From Dendrobates tinctorius (taxonomy: Eukaryota), in the NCBI RefSeq assembly GCF_039654945.1, contig NW_027361727.1, forward strand, positions 22,630,001-22,694,000: a stretch of DNA of 64,000 bases. Direction: 5' to 3'. This document shows positions 1 through 10,920 of the stretch, one piece after another (positions within the stretch are counted from its first letter, which is position 1; each line of letters begins with the position of its first letter). The notes below the pieces were generated by a model, which worked only from the letters and a program-made list of their open reading frames with translations, did not search any database and was not told the DNA's origin. The translations under genes and the position numbers were made by a program.

Positions 1-160
1 GAAGCCTCCTACTCTGCGCTCATTACCTGTATTAATTGCACCTGTTTGAACTCGTTACCTGTATAAAAGATACCTGTCCACACTCTCAATCAATCACATT
101 CCAACCTCTTCATCACGGCCAAGACCAAACAGCTGTCTAAGGATACCAGGGACAAAATAT
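1..160 (+). mobile_element. Tc1/mariner-like transposon 5' fragment (subterminal region and decayed transposase start)
   Basis: CACCTGTTTGAACTCGTTACCTGTATAAAAGA...GCCAAGACCAAACAGCTGTCTAAGGATACCAGGGACAAAAT resembles the MAKTKELSKD.R.KI start of vertebrate Tc1 transposases; truncated. Confidence 0.6.
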
Positions 161-367
161 GATTCTATGAAAGATCAGTAATCAGCGACTGTGGTCGTGA
201 TGCCACTGGTGTTCGCTGATTGTTATGTCATGTGAGTGCTACAGCCACTATCATGAGAGCACTGGGAGGGCCTGCACCAACATTGGGGTGAATATAATTT
301 TTTTTTATTTTTCTTCAGGGGCTTCAGCAGTTAAGAAAGGTGTTGTCCAAGTAATGGACAATATCTT

Positions 368-785
368 TGTAACGGGTCTTCCAAGCTGGGGTACCTCTTT
401 CAGTACCACCCCGTGTTTTCTGAGGTCCGCTCTGCGTTGGCTGGAGTCTGAATGAATGACGCTGGCTGGAATTCCTCTGAGTGCATGGACGCATATAAAA
501 GATCACTGCTTCTCCACGTATTTCCAGTCTGACAACACTTTACTCACAGGACACAGAATATATATCACACAGATACAGAGGGCAGGCCAATAGACAAGCG
601 TCAGGCCAGACATGCATTACAAAAGCCGCAGGTGGCCGGAGCCTGCGGATGTTTACTGTGGGAATTACAAAGGTGGGGGGAGGGCGGACACTGCTGATAC
701 ATTAGGGACATGCATCTCACTTTGAACCTATTATATATACATATAACTGCACAACATATTCTGGGTGCTGAGTGGTTCTGTAACA
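368..785 (-). repeat. LTR 1 (outer 3' LTR, 418 bp)
   Basis: TGTAAC...GTAACA; adjacent polypurine tract on the minus strand (GAAAAGGGGGAGCCG, 786-800). Confidence 0.93.
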
Positions 786-861
786 CGGCTCCCCCTTTTC
801 AGCGACGCGATCGGCATACACAGTCTGATCCTCAACGGATCGGTTTGGGGATGACCGAAGT

Positions 862-3800
862 TTATGGGGTTGGTACAAGTTCCGTTTGTCGACTTAGTCC
901 ATCGGCGTTACCGTTTTGTTTGCCGGGTCTGTAGTGGATGGTGAAGTCCAGAGGTTGTAGGGCTAAACTCCACCGCAGCAATCTGGCGTTGTCTCCGGAG
1001 ACCCAATTAAGCCAGACTAGGGGATTATGGTCCGTTAGGAGGGAAAACTGTCGTCCATACAAATATGGTTGCAACTTCTTGAGTGCCCATACTACCGCCA
1101 GGCACTCCTTCTCGATGGCCGCATAGCCTACTTCACGGGGCAGTAGTTTCCGACTCAGGTAAGCTACCGGGTGTTCTTGGCCGTCCGGCCCGACTTGGCT
1201 CAGTACTGCCCCCAATCCAAACATAGAAGCGTCTGTGTGAACAAGGAAACGTTTAGTTGGATCGGGTGCGGCCAATACAGGGGTATTGGTGAGGGCGTCC
1301 TTTAGTTGGCGGAAGGCTTCCTCACACTCTGAGGTCCAGGTTACCTGGCAGGGTTGGTTCTTACGGGTCAGATCAGTGAGGGGCTTGGCTACGCTGCTGT
1401 AATTGGGAACGAATTTCCTGTAATATCCCGCTGTCCCTAGAAACGCCATGACCTGGGTTTTAGTGCGTGGGATGGGCCATTTGGCTATGGCCTCAATCTT
1501 GGCTGGTTCTGGTCGCTGTTTCTCACTTCCCACCCAATGCCCTAAATACTGAACCTCTGCTTTGCCCACGTGACACTTGTTTGGGTTCAGGGTGATTCCG
1601 GCCTGGTGGATCCTGTCCAATACTGTCTCTAGGTGATTTAGATGCTCTTCCTATGTCGCACTGTAGATGGCGATATCGTCCAGGTAGGCACAAGCATAGT
1701 CCTGGAGACCATCCAGAAGCCCGGTCAGCCAGCCTTTGGAAGGTCGCCGGGGCATTCTTCATCCCGAATGGCATAACTCGAAACTGGAATAAGCCGAACG
1801 GGGTGACAAATGCCGACTTGGGAATAGCGTCAGGACCAAGGGGAATCTGCCAGTAGCCTTTGCATAGATCGATGGTGGTCAAATACTTTGCCCCCACCAG
1901 CCGGTCTAACAACTCATCCACACGCTGCATGGGATATGCATCCGTCACTGTTTTCTCATTGAGCTTACGATAGTCTACACAAAACCGTGTAGTCCCATCC
2001 TTCTTGGGCACTAACACTACGGGGAATCCCCAGGGACTATCTGACTCTTCAATGACCCCTAAACGCAGCATCTCTTGAATCTCTTGTCGCATCCCCTCTC
2101 GTACAGACTCAGGGACGCGGAAGGGGTTTTGTCGCAGGGGGGTCTGATCCTGGGTCTCAACCTTGTGTTGTGCCAGGCGAGTGTACCCCGGTCTCTCTGA
2201 AAACATCCTCTGTCGCAGCCTCAACAACGCCTCCGCCTGCTGTCTCTCCCGGGGGCCTAGGTCTTCGCCCAAGTGTACCTGGTCCCATGTTTTAGACTGA
2301 GTCCTTTCCCCTAAGACATCCGGCAAGGGAAGTCCGGCTAAATCCTCTGCTTCAGGTGCACAGATGGCCACTATCTCTTCAGGGAGCTCCCGGTAGGGCT
2401 TCAGCTTATTCACGTGGAACATGCGGATAACCCTGGGGTCATTACAATCGGCGACATTATAGGTTGTGTCGGCTATTTTCCCCACTACCTGGTAGGGCCC
2501 CTGCCATGCAGCTTGAAACTTATTCTGCTTAGTAGGCTCTAACACCAGGACCTTCTGTCCTATTTCCAAAGTGCGCTCTCTGGTCCTCCGATCGTACCAT
2601 AAGCGCTGGCGCCGCTGTGTCGCCTGCAGGTTCTCACGTACAACCTGGGTCAGCTCCTGTAGGCGGTCCCGGAATTCCAGCACATAGGGTACAATAGGTA
2701 CCCCTTCTATGAGGCCCTCCCCTTCCCAGTGTTCCAGCACTAAGTCTAGGGGTCCCCTTACCCGTCTCCCGTATACCAGCTCGAACGGGGAGAACCCCGT
2801 GGATTCTTGGGGCACCTCCCGATAGGCAAACAGGAGGTGTGGCAAGAATTTCTCCCAGTCCCTGTAGGTCCTGGTAAAAGTCCCAATGAGCTGTTTTAAT
2901 GTCCCGTTAAAGCGTTCACACAACCCATTGGTTTGCGGGTGGTATGGGGCGCTTCTAATGGACTTTACGCCGCACAGCTTCCACAGTTGGTGGGTCACCT
3001 CTGCTGTAAACTGGGTACCCTGGTCCGAGATAATCTCCCGGGGAAATCCAACCCGTGAAAAAACCTGGAGCAGGGCGGCCGCCACCGTCTCTTCCAGTAT
3101 GTTAGGTAACGCAACCGCCTCTGGATACCGTGTGGCATAATCTACCACTGTCAGTATCTACTTTTTCCCGGACGGACTGGGTTTGGCTAACGGCCCTATC
3201 AGATCGACCGCTACTCGGCTAAATGGTTCCTCCACAATGGGGAGGGGGCGTAATCTGGCCTTGCATCGATCCCCCCTCTTGCCAATGCGCTGACAACTGT
3301 GACAGGTCTGGCAGCACTGACTAACTTCATATGTTACCCCCGGCCAAAAGAAGTTTTGGGTCAGACGATGCCTGGTGCGACTGACGCCGAAGTGCCCGGC
3401 CAAGGGTATATCATGAGAGATTCGCAGTAACTCCTGCCTATACTTCTTGGGAATTACCAGCTGTTGTTTTATAGTGGGGCTCGTCCCTGTGTGGTGCTGC
3501 TCTGTGATCCGGTAGAGGAGTCCCTGCTTCCATACAAACTGTTCCCCTTCCATTACCCCTCTCCCCTCCTGTGCCTTCCCACGATATCCCTCTAATGAAG
3601 GATCCTCAAGTAACTCCCTCTTAAATTCATCTGGGGTGGCCCAAGAAATGTGTCTGGCTATGGGAATACGTGTAGGGCTGGAATGTCTTACCTGGGCCTC
3701 TGAGTGTGATTCCACCTCCGCAGCTCGAGCTTGTCTCCGGGTGGTCACAGGATATGTCTCAGCCAGAGGGGCCACCGAGAATGCAGACAACATGGGCCCC

Positions 3801-5344
3801 AAGTCATTTCCCAGCAAGACGTCTGCAGGCAAATCCTCCATCAAGCCGACCTCAACAAGGCCATCCCCGACTCCCCAGTTCAGGTGAATCCTGGCAGTGG
3901 GTAGTCGATGTATGGCTCCCCCTGCTACACGGACTGCCACTGTCCGGTCCGTCTTCTCTTGGTCCCGGACGAGATGAGGCTTCACAAGGGTCAAAGTTGC
4001 CCCGGAATCTCTTAGTCCCTGCATACGTTTCCCATTAACCCACACGACTTGTCGATGCTGTTGTCGATTATCTGCCCGGGCTGCCTGCACGGGGTCTACT
4101 TCATGCAGCACTTCCTCCATCTCTTCCACCCCTTGATTAATCGTAGCCACCAATGCCGGGTCAGCTTCACCTTGGTAGCAGTGTACAGCAGCCCGGCTGA
4201 AGGTAGCTGTTCCCGCCTTTGGCCACTGGGTATGCTGAGTCCGGTTGGGGCATTGTCTTTGCAGGTGGCCCAGCTGACGACAGGTGTGGCATCGTGCCCC
4301 AGGGGGACTGTTGTAGGCCGGGTTTCTAGCTGGTCCCCCTACAATCTTCGGTGGTTTGGGGCCCTCCAGGTTCATGGGCGGGCCCCTAGGGACCACCTTT
4401 GATCCGGACAACTGCGGCCTCCTGGCATCATGATGTTCATCGGCCAGACGAGCGGCTTCCTCAAGAGTCGTTGGCCGCCTGTCCCGAAGCCATTCCTGTG
4501 TCTCGGGGTTTAGTCCATTAAAGAATCGTTCTAACAGGAAGAGCTGGAGGACGTCCTCCTTAGTGGTTGCTTGGCTCCCTTGTACCCACTGTAGCAGTGA
4601 CCGCCGTAATTTACAGGCCCGTTCAGCGTGGGTATCGGTTACGCGTTTTATAAGTCCATGGAACTTTTGGCGGTAGGCCTCTGGTGTCAGCGCATATAGG
4701 GCCAAGATCACTTCTTTGATCTGCTCATAGTCCATACAGTCCTCATCAGGTACCATGCGATAGGCGTCCGCTGCCCGGCCTGTCAGCTTGCTGGCCAGAA
4801 TCTGAACCCGTTCCTCCGGCTTTACTTGATGAAGAGCACACTGCCGCTCAAAGTCCTGCAGAAAGCCATCAATGTCTTCCTCTGCCTCCCCCAACTGTCG
4901 GAAGGCATTGTACTGGATCTTTTTGTGGCTTACTGTTGAAGGTACCTGATCGAAGGCCAGAGCTCCCCCTGCTCGCTGACTCTCCTCTCTCCGCTCTGCC
5001 ATCTCCATCTTGGCCAGCTCCACTTTGGTCCGCTCTGCCATCTCCATCTTGGCTAGCTCTATCCTGGTCCGCTCGGCCATCTTTTCCTTCAGATCAGTAC
5101 GCACATCAGCCATTACCTCTCGTATGATCTCCACTGCAGGGTTTGGGCCATGGAACGCCAGTCTGTTCTTTACCTCCCTCTGGAATTCGGTCTCCTCCAC
5201 ATTCACATTGGGGGGCGCTGCATTGTCGTGTTCCATGATGGCTGCTATCAAATCCGCTTTTGTTTTGTTGCTGGCGATCAACCCTCGGGCTTCCACCAGG
5301 TCTTTTAATGTAGTCCTCTTTAACTTCTGGTAATTATTTTCCAT
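862..5344 (-). pseudogene. gag-pol of Gmr1-like copy 1 (SAP-like N-terminus, SCAN-like capsid, CCHC knuckle, protease, integrase, RT, RNase H), disrupted
   Basis: CHTCRQLGHLQRQC; LRDSGA; HDIPLAGH...CQTCHSC; ISDQGTQF and NGLCERFN; YLDD at 1686-1675; TDAS, KECLA and TDH. TAG at 3158-3160, +1 frameshift near 1721, TAG at 1651-1653. Confidence 0.93.
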
Positions 5345-5375
5345 TCATTCCTTTCCTCCTGTAGAAGGGGTATCA

Positions 5376-5395
5376 AATCCCGCTGGCTGCCACCA
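5376..5395 (-). promoter_or_regulatory. Primer-binding site, tRNA-Leu-like (also at 10405-10424 and 15435-15454)
   Basis: Minus strand reads TGGTGGCAGCCAGCGGGATT one base after the LTR. The first 10 nt match the complement of a tRNA-Leu 3' end (TGGTGGCAGCGGTGGGAT); the rest is imperfect. Confidence 0.65.
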
Positions 5396-5396
5396 G

Positions 5397-5815
5397 TGTA
5401 ACGGGGTCTTCCAAGCTGGGGTACCTCTTTCAGTACCACCCCGTGTTTTCTGAGGTCCGCTCTGCGTTGGCTGGAGTCTGAATGAATGACGCTGGCTGGA
5501 ATTCCTCTGAGTGCATGGACGCATATAAAAGATCACTGCTTCTCCACGTATTTCCAGTCTGACAACACTTTACTCACAGGACACAGAATATATATCACAC
5601 AGATACAGAGGGCAGGCCAATAGACAAGCGTCAGGCCAGACATGCATTACAAAAGCCGCAGGTGGCCGGAGCCTGCGGATGTTTACTGTGGGAATTACAA
5701 AGGTGGGGGGAGGGCGGACACTGCTGATACATTAGGGACATGCATCTCACTTTGAACCTATTATATATACATATAACTGCACAACATATTCTGGGTGCTG
5801 AGTGGTTCTGTAACA
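5397..5815 (-). repeat. LTR 2 (shared internal LTR, 419 bp)
   Basis: PBS on one side and PPT on the other; identical to LTR 1 except one extra G near the left end. Confidence 0.93.
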
Positions 5816-5891
5816 CGGCTCCCCCTTTTCAGCGACGCGATCGGCATACACAGTCTGATCCTCAACGGATCGGTTTGGGGATGACCGAAGT

Positions 5892-8800
5892 TTATGGGGT
5901 TGGTACAAGTTCCGTTTGTCGACTTAGTCCATCGGCGTTACCGGTTTGTTTGCCGGGTCTGTAGTGGATGGTGAAGTCCAGAGGTTGTAGGGCTAAACTC
6001 CACCGCAGCAATCTGGCGTTGTCTCCGGAGACCCAATTAAGCCAGACTAGGGGATTATGGTCCGTTAGGAGGGAAAACTGTCGTCCATACAAATATGGTT
6101 GCAACTTCTTGAGTGCCCATACTACCGCCAGGCACTCCTTCTCGATGGCCGCATAGCCTACTTCACGGGGCAGTAGTTTCCGACTCAGGTAAGCTACCGG
6201 GTGTTCTTGGCCGTCCGGCCCGACTTGGCTCAGTACTGTCCCCAATCCAAACATAGAAGCGTCTGTGTGAACAAGGAAACGTTTAGTTGGATCGGGTGCG
6301 GCCAATACAGGGGTATTGGTGAGGGCGTCCTTTAGTTGGCGGAAGGCTTCCTCACACTCTGAGGTCCAGGTTACCTGGCAGGGTTGGTTCTTACGGGTCA
6401 GATCAGTGAGGGGCTTGGCTACGCTGCTGTAATTGGGAACGAATTTCCTGTAATATCCCGCTGTCCCTAGAAACGCCATGACCTGGGTTTTAGTGCGTGG
6501 TATGGGCCATTTGGCTATGGCCTCAATCTTGGCTGGTTCTGGTCGCTGTTTCTCACTTCCCACCCAATGCCCTAAATACTGAACCTCTGCTTTGCCCACG
6601 TGACACTTGTTTGGGTTCAGGGTGATTCCGGCCTGGTGGATCCTGTCCAATACTGTCTCTAGGTGATTTAGATGCTCTTCCTATGTCGCACTGTAGATGG
6701 CGATATCGTCCAGGTAGGCACAAGCATAGTCCTGGAGACCATCCAGAAGCCTGGTCAGCCAGCCTTTGGAAGGTCGCCGGGGCATTCTTCATCCCGAATG
6801 GCATAACTCGAAACTGGAATAAGCCGAACGGGGTGACAAATGCCGACTTGGGAATAGCGTCAGGACCAAGGGGAATCTGCCAGTAGCCTTTGCATAGATC
6901 GATGGTGGTCAAATACTTTGCCCCCACCAGCCGGTCTAACAACTCATCCACACGCTGCATGGGATATGCATCCGTCACTGTTTTCTCATTGAGCTTACGA
7001 TAGTCTACACAAAACCGTGTAGTCCCATCCTTCTTGGGCACTAACACTACGGGGAATCCCCAGGGACTATCTGACTCTTCAATGACCCCTAAACGCAGCA
7101 TCTCTTGAATCTCTTGTCGCATCCCCTCTCGTACAGACTCAGGGACGCGGAAGGGGTTTTGTCGCAGGGGGGTCTGATCCTGGGTCTCAACCTTGTGTTG
7201 TGCCAGGCGAGTGTACCCCGGTCTCTCTGAAAACATCCTCTGTCGCAGCCTCAACAACGCCTCCGCCTGCTGTCTCTCCCGGGGGCCTAGGTCTTCGCCC
7301 AAGTGTACCTGGTCCCATGTTTTAGACTGAGTCCTTTCCCCTAAGACATCCGGCAAGGGAAGTCCGGCTAAATCCTCTGCTTCAGGTGCACAGATGGCCA
7401 CTATCTCTTCAGGGAGCTCCCGGTAGGGCTTCAGCTTATTCACGTGGAACATGCGGATAACCCTGGGGTCATTACAATCGGCGACATTATAGGTTGTGTC
7501 GGCTATTTTCCCCACTACCTGGTAGGGCCCCTGCCATGCAGCTTGAAACTTATTCTGCTTAGTAGGCGCTAACACCAGGACCTTCTGTCCTATTTCCAAA
7601 GTGCGCTCTCTGGTCCTCCGATCGTACCATAAGCGCTGGCGCCGCTGTGTCGCCTGCAGGTTCTCACGTACAACCTGGGTCAGCTCCTGTAGGCGGTCCC
7701 GGAATTCCAGCACATAGGGTACAATAGGTACCCCTTCTATGAGGCCCTCCCCTTCCCAGTGTTCCAGCACTAAGTCTAGGGGTCCCCTTACCCGTCTCCC
7801 GTATACCAGCTCGAACGGGGAGAACCCCGTGGATTCTTGGGGCACCTCCCGATAGGCAAACAGGAGGTGTGGCAAGAATTTCTCCCAGTCCCTGTAGGTC
7901 CTGGTAAAAGTCCCAATGAGCTGTTTTAATGTCCCGTTAAAGCGTTCACACAACCCATTGGTTTGCGGGTGGTATGGGGCGCTTCTAATGGACTTTACGC
8001 CGCACAGCTTCCACAGTTGGTGGGTCACCTCTGCTGTAAACTGGGTACCCTGGTCCGAGATAATCTCCCGGGGAAATCCAACCCGTGAAAAAACCTGGAG
8101 CAGGGCGGCCGCCACCGTCTCTTCCAGTATGTTAGGTAACGCAACCGCCTCTGGATACCGTGTGGCATAATCTACCACTGTCAGTATCTACTTTTTCCCG
8201 GACGGACTGGGTTTGGCTAACGGCCCTATCAGATCGACCGCTACTCGGCTAAATGGTTCCTCCACAATGGGGAGGGGCGTAATCTGGCCTTGCATCGATC
8301 CCCCCTCTTGCCAATGCGCTGACAACTGTGACAGGTCTGGCAGCACTGACTAACTTCATATGTTACCCCCGGCCAAAAGAAGTTTTGGGTCAGACGATGC
8401 CTGGTGCGACTGACGCCGAAGTGCCCGGCCAAGGGTATATCATGAGAGATTCGCAGTAACTCCTGCCTATACTTCTTGGGAATTACCAGCTGTTGTTTTA
8501 TAGTGGGGCTCGTCCCTGTGTGGTGCTGCTCTGTGATCCGGTAGAGGAGTCCCTGCTTCCATACAAACTGTTCCCCTTCCATTACCCCTCTCCCCTCCTG
8601 TGCCTTCCCACGATATCCCTCTAATGAAGGATCCTCAAGTAACTCCCTCTTAAATTCATCTGGGGTGGCCCAAGAAATGTGTCTGGCTATGGGAATACGT
8701 GTAGGGCTGGAATGTCTTACCTGGGCCTCTGAGTGTGATTCCACCTCCGCAGCTCGAGCTTGTCTCCGGGTGGTCACAGGATATGTCTCAGCCAGAGGGG

Positions 8801-10373
8801 CCACCGAGAATGCAGACAACATGGGCCCCAAGTCATTTCCCAGCAAGACGTCTGCAGGCAAATCCTCCATCAAGCCGACCTCAACAAGGCCATCCCCGAC
8901 TCCCCAGTTCAGGTGAATCCTGGCAGTGGGTAGTCGATGTATGGCTCCCCCTGCTACACGGACTGCCACTGTCCGGTCCGTCTTCTCTTGGTCCCGGACG
9001 AGATGAGGCTTCACAAGGGTCAAAGTTGCCCCGGAATCTCTTAGTCCCTGCATACGTTTCCCATTAACCCACACGACTTGTCGATGCTGTTGTCGATTAT
9101 CTGCCCGGGCTGCCTGCACGGGGTCTACTTCATGCAGCACTTCCTCCATCTCTTCCACCCCTTGATTAATCGTAGCCACCAATGCCGGGTCAGCTTCACC
9201 TTGGTAGCAGTGTACAGCAGCCCGGCTGAAGGTAGCTGTTCCCGCCTTTGGCCACTGGGTATGCTGAGTCCGGTTGGGGCATTGTCTTTGCAGGTGGCCC
9301 AGCTGACGACAGGTGTGGCATCGTGCCCCAGGGGGACTGTTGTAGGCCGGGTTTCTAGCTGGTCCCCCTACAATCTTCGGTGGTTTGGGGCCCTCCAGGT
9401 TCATGGGCGGGCCCCTAGGGACCACCTTTGATCCGGACAACTGCGGCCTCCTGGCATCATGATGTTCATCGGCCAGACGAGCGGCTTCCTCAAGAGTCGT
9501 TGGCCGCCTGTCCCGAAGCCATTCCTGTGTCTCGGGGTTTAGTCCATTAAAGAATCGTTCTAACAGGAAGAGCTGGAGGACGTCCTCCTTAGTGGTTGCT
9601 TGGCTCCCTTGTACCCACTGTAGCAGTGACCGCCGTAATTTACAGGCCCGTTCAGCGTGGGTATCGGTTACGCGTTTTATAAGTCCATGGAACTTTTGGC
9701 GGTAGGCCTCTGGTGTCAGCGCATATAGGGCCAAGATCACTTCTTTGATCTGCTCATAGTCCATACAGTCCTCATCAGGTACCATGCGATAGGCGTCCGC
9801 TGCCCGGCCTGTCAGCTTGCTGGCCAGAATCTGAACCCGTTCCTCCGGCTTTACTTGATGAAGAGCACACTGCCGCTCAAAGTCCTGCAGAAAGCCATCA
9901 ATGTCTTCCTCTGCCTCCCCCAACTGTCGGAAGGCATTGTACTGGATCTTTTTGTGGCTTACTGTTGAAGGTACCTGATCGAAGGCCAGAGCTCCCCCTG
10001 CTCGCTGACTCTCCTCTCTCCGCTCTGCCATCTCCATCTTGGCCAGCTCCACTTTGGTCCGCTCTGCCATCTCCATCTTGGCTAGCTCTATCCTGGTCCG
10101 CTCGGCCATCTTTTCCTTCAGATCAGTACGCACATCAGCCATTACCTCTCGTATGATCTCCACTGCAGGGTTTGGGCCATGGAACGCCAGTCTGTTCTTT
10201 ACCTCCCTCTGGAATTCGGTCTCCTCCACATTCACATTGGGGGGCGCTGCATTGTCGTGTTCCATGATGGCTGCTATCAAATCCGCTTTTGTTTTGTTGC
10301 TGGCGATCAACCCTCGGGCTTCCACCAGGTCTTTTAATGTAGTCCTCTTTAACTTCTGGTAATTATTTTCCAT
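5892..10373 (-). pseudogene. gag-pol of Gmr1-like copy 2, disrupted
   Basis: Same three lesions as copy 1 (TAG 8188-8190, frameshift near 6751, TAG 6681-6683), plus a 1-bp loss in a G run near 8274. Confidence 0.93.
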
Positions 10374-10425
10374 TCATTCCTTTCCTCCTGTAGAAGGGGT
10401 ATCAAATCCCGCTGGCTGCCACCAG

Positions 10426-10844
10426 TGTAACGGGGTCTTCCAAGCTGGGGTACCTCTTTCAGTACCACCCCGTGTTTTCTGAGGTCCGCTCTGCGTTGGC
10501 TGGAGTCTGAATGAATGACGCTGGCTGGAATTCCTCTGAGTGCATGGACGCATATAAAAGATCACTGCTTCTCCACGTATTTCCAGTCTGACAACACTTT
10601 ACTCACAGGACACAGAATATATATCACACAGATACAGAGGGCAGGCCAATAGACAAGCGTCAGGCCAGACATGCATTACAAAAGCCGCAGGTGGCCGGAG
10701 CCTGCGGATGTTTACTGTGGGAATTACAAAGGTGGGGGGAGGGCGGACACTGCTGATACATTAGGGACATGCATCTCACTTTGAACCTATTATATATACA
10801 TATAACTGCACAACATATTCTGGGTGCTGAGTGGTTCTGTAACA
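10426..10844 (-). repeat. LTR 3 (shared internal LTR, 419 bp)
   Basis: No difference from LTR 2 found by eye. Confidence 0.93.
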
Positions 10845-10920
10845 CGGCTCCCCCTTTTCAGCGACGCGATCGGCATACACAGTCTGATCCTCAACGGATC
10901 GGTTTGGGGATGACCGAAGT

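Noticed and set aside
3149-3160. Programmed stop read-through between the 728-aa and 541-aa ORFs
   Set aside because: The TAG falls inside the integrase core at a conserved K-Y-I-L position, not at a gag-pol border, and further lesions follow in RT; a nonsense mutation is simpler.
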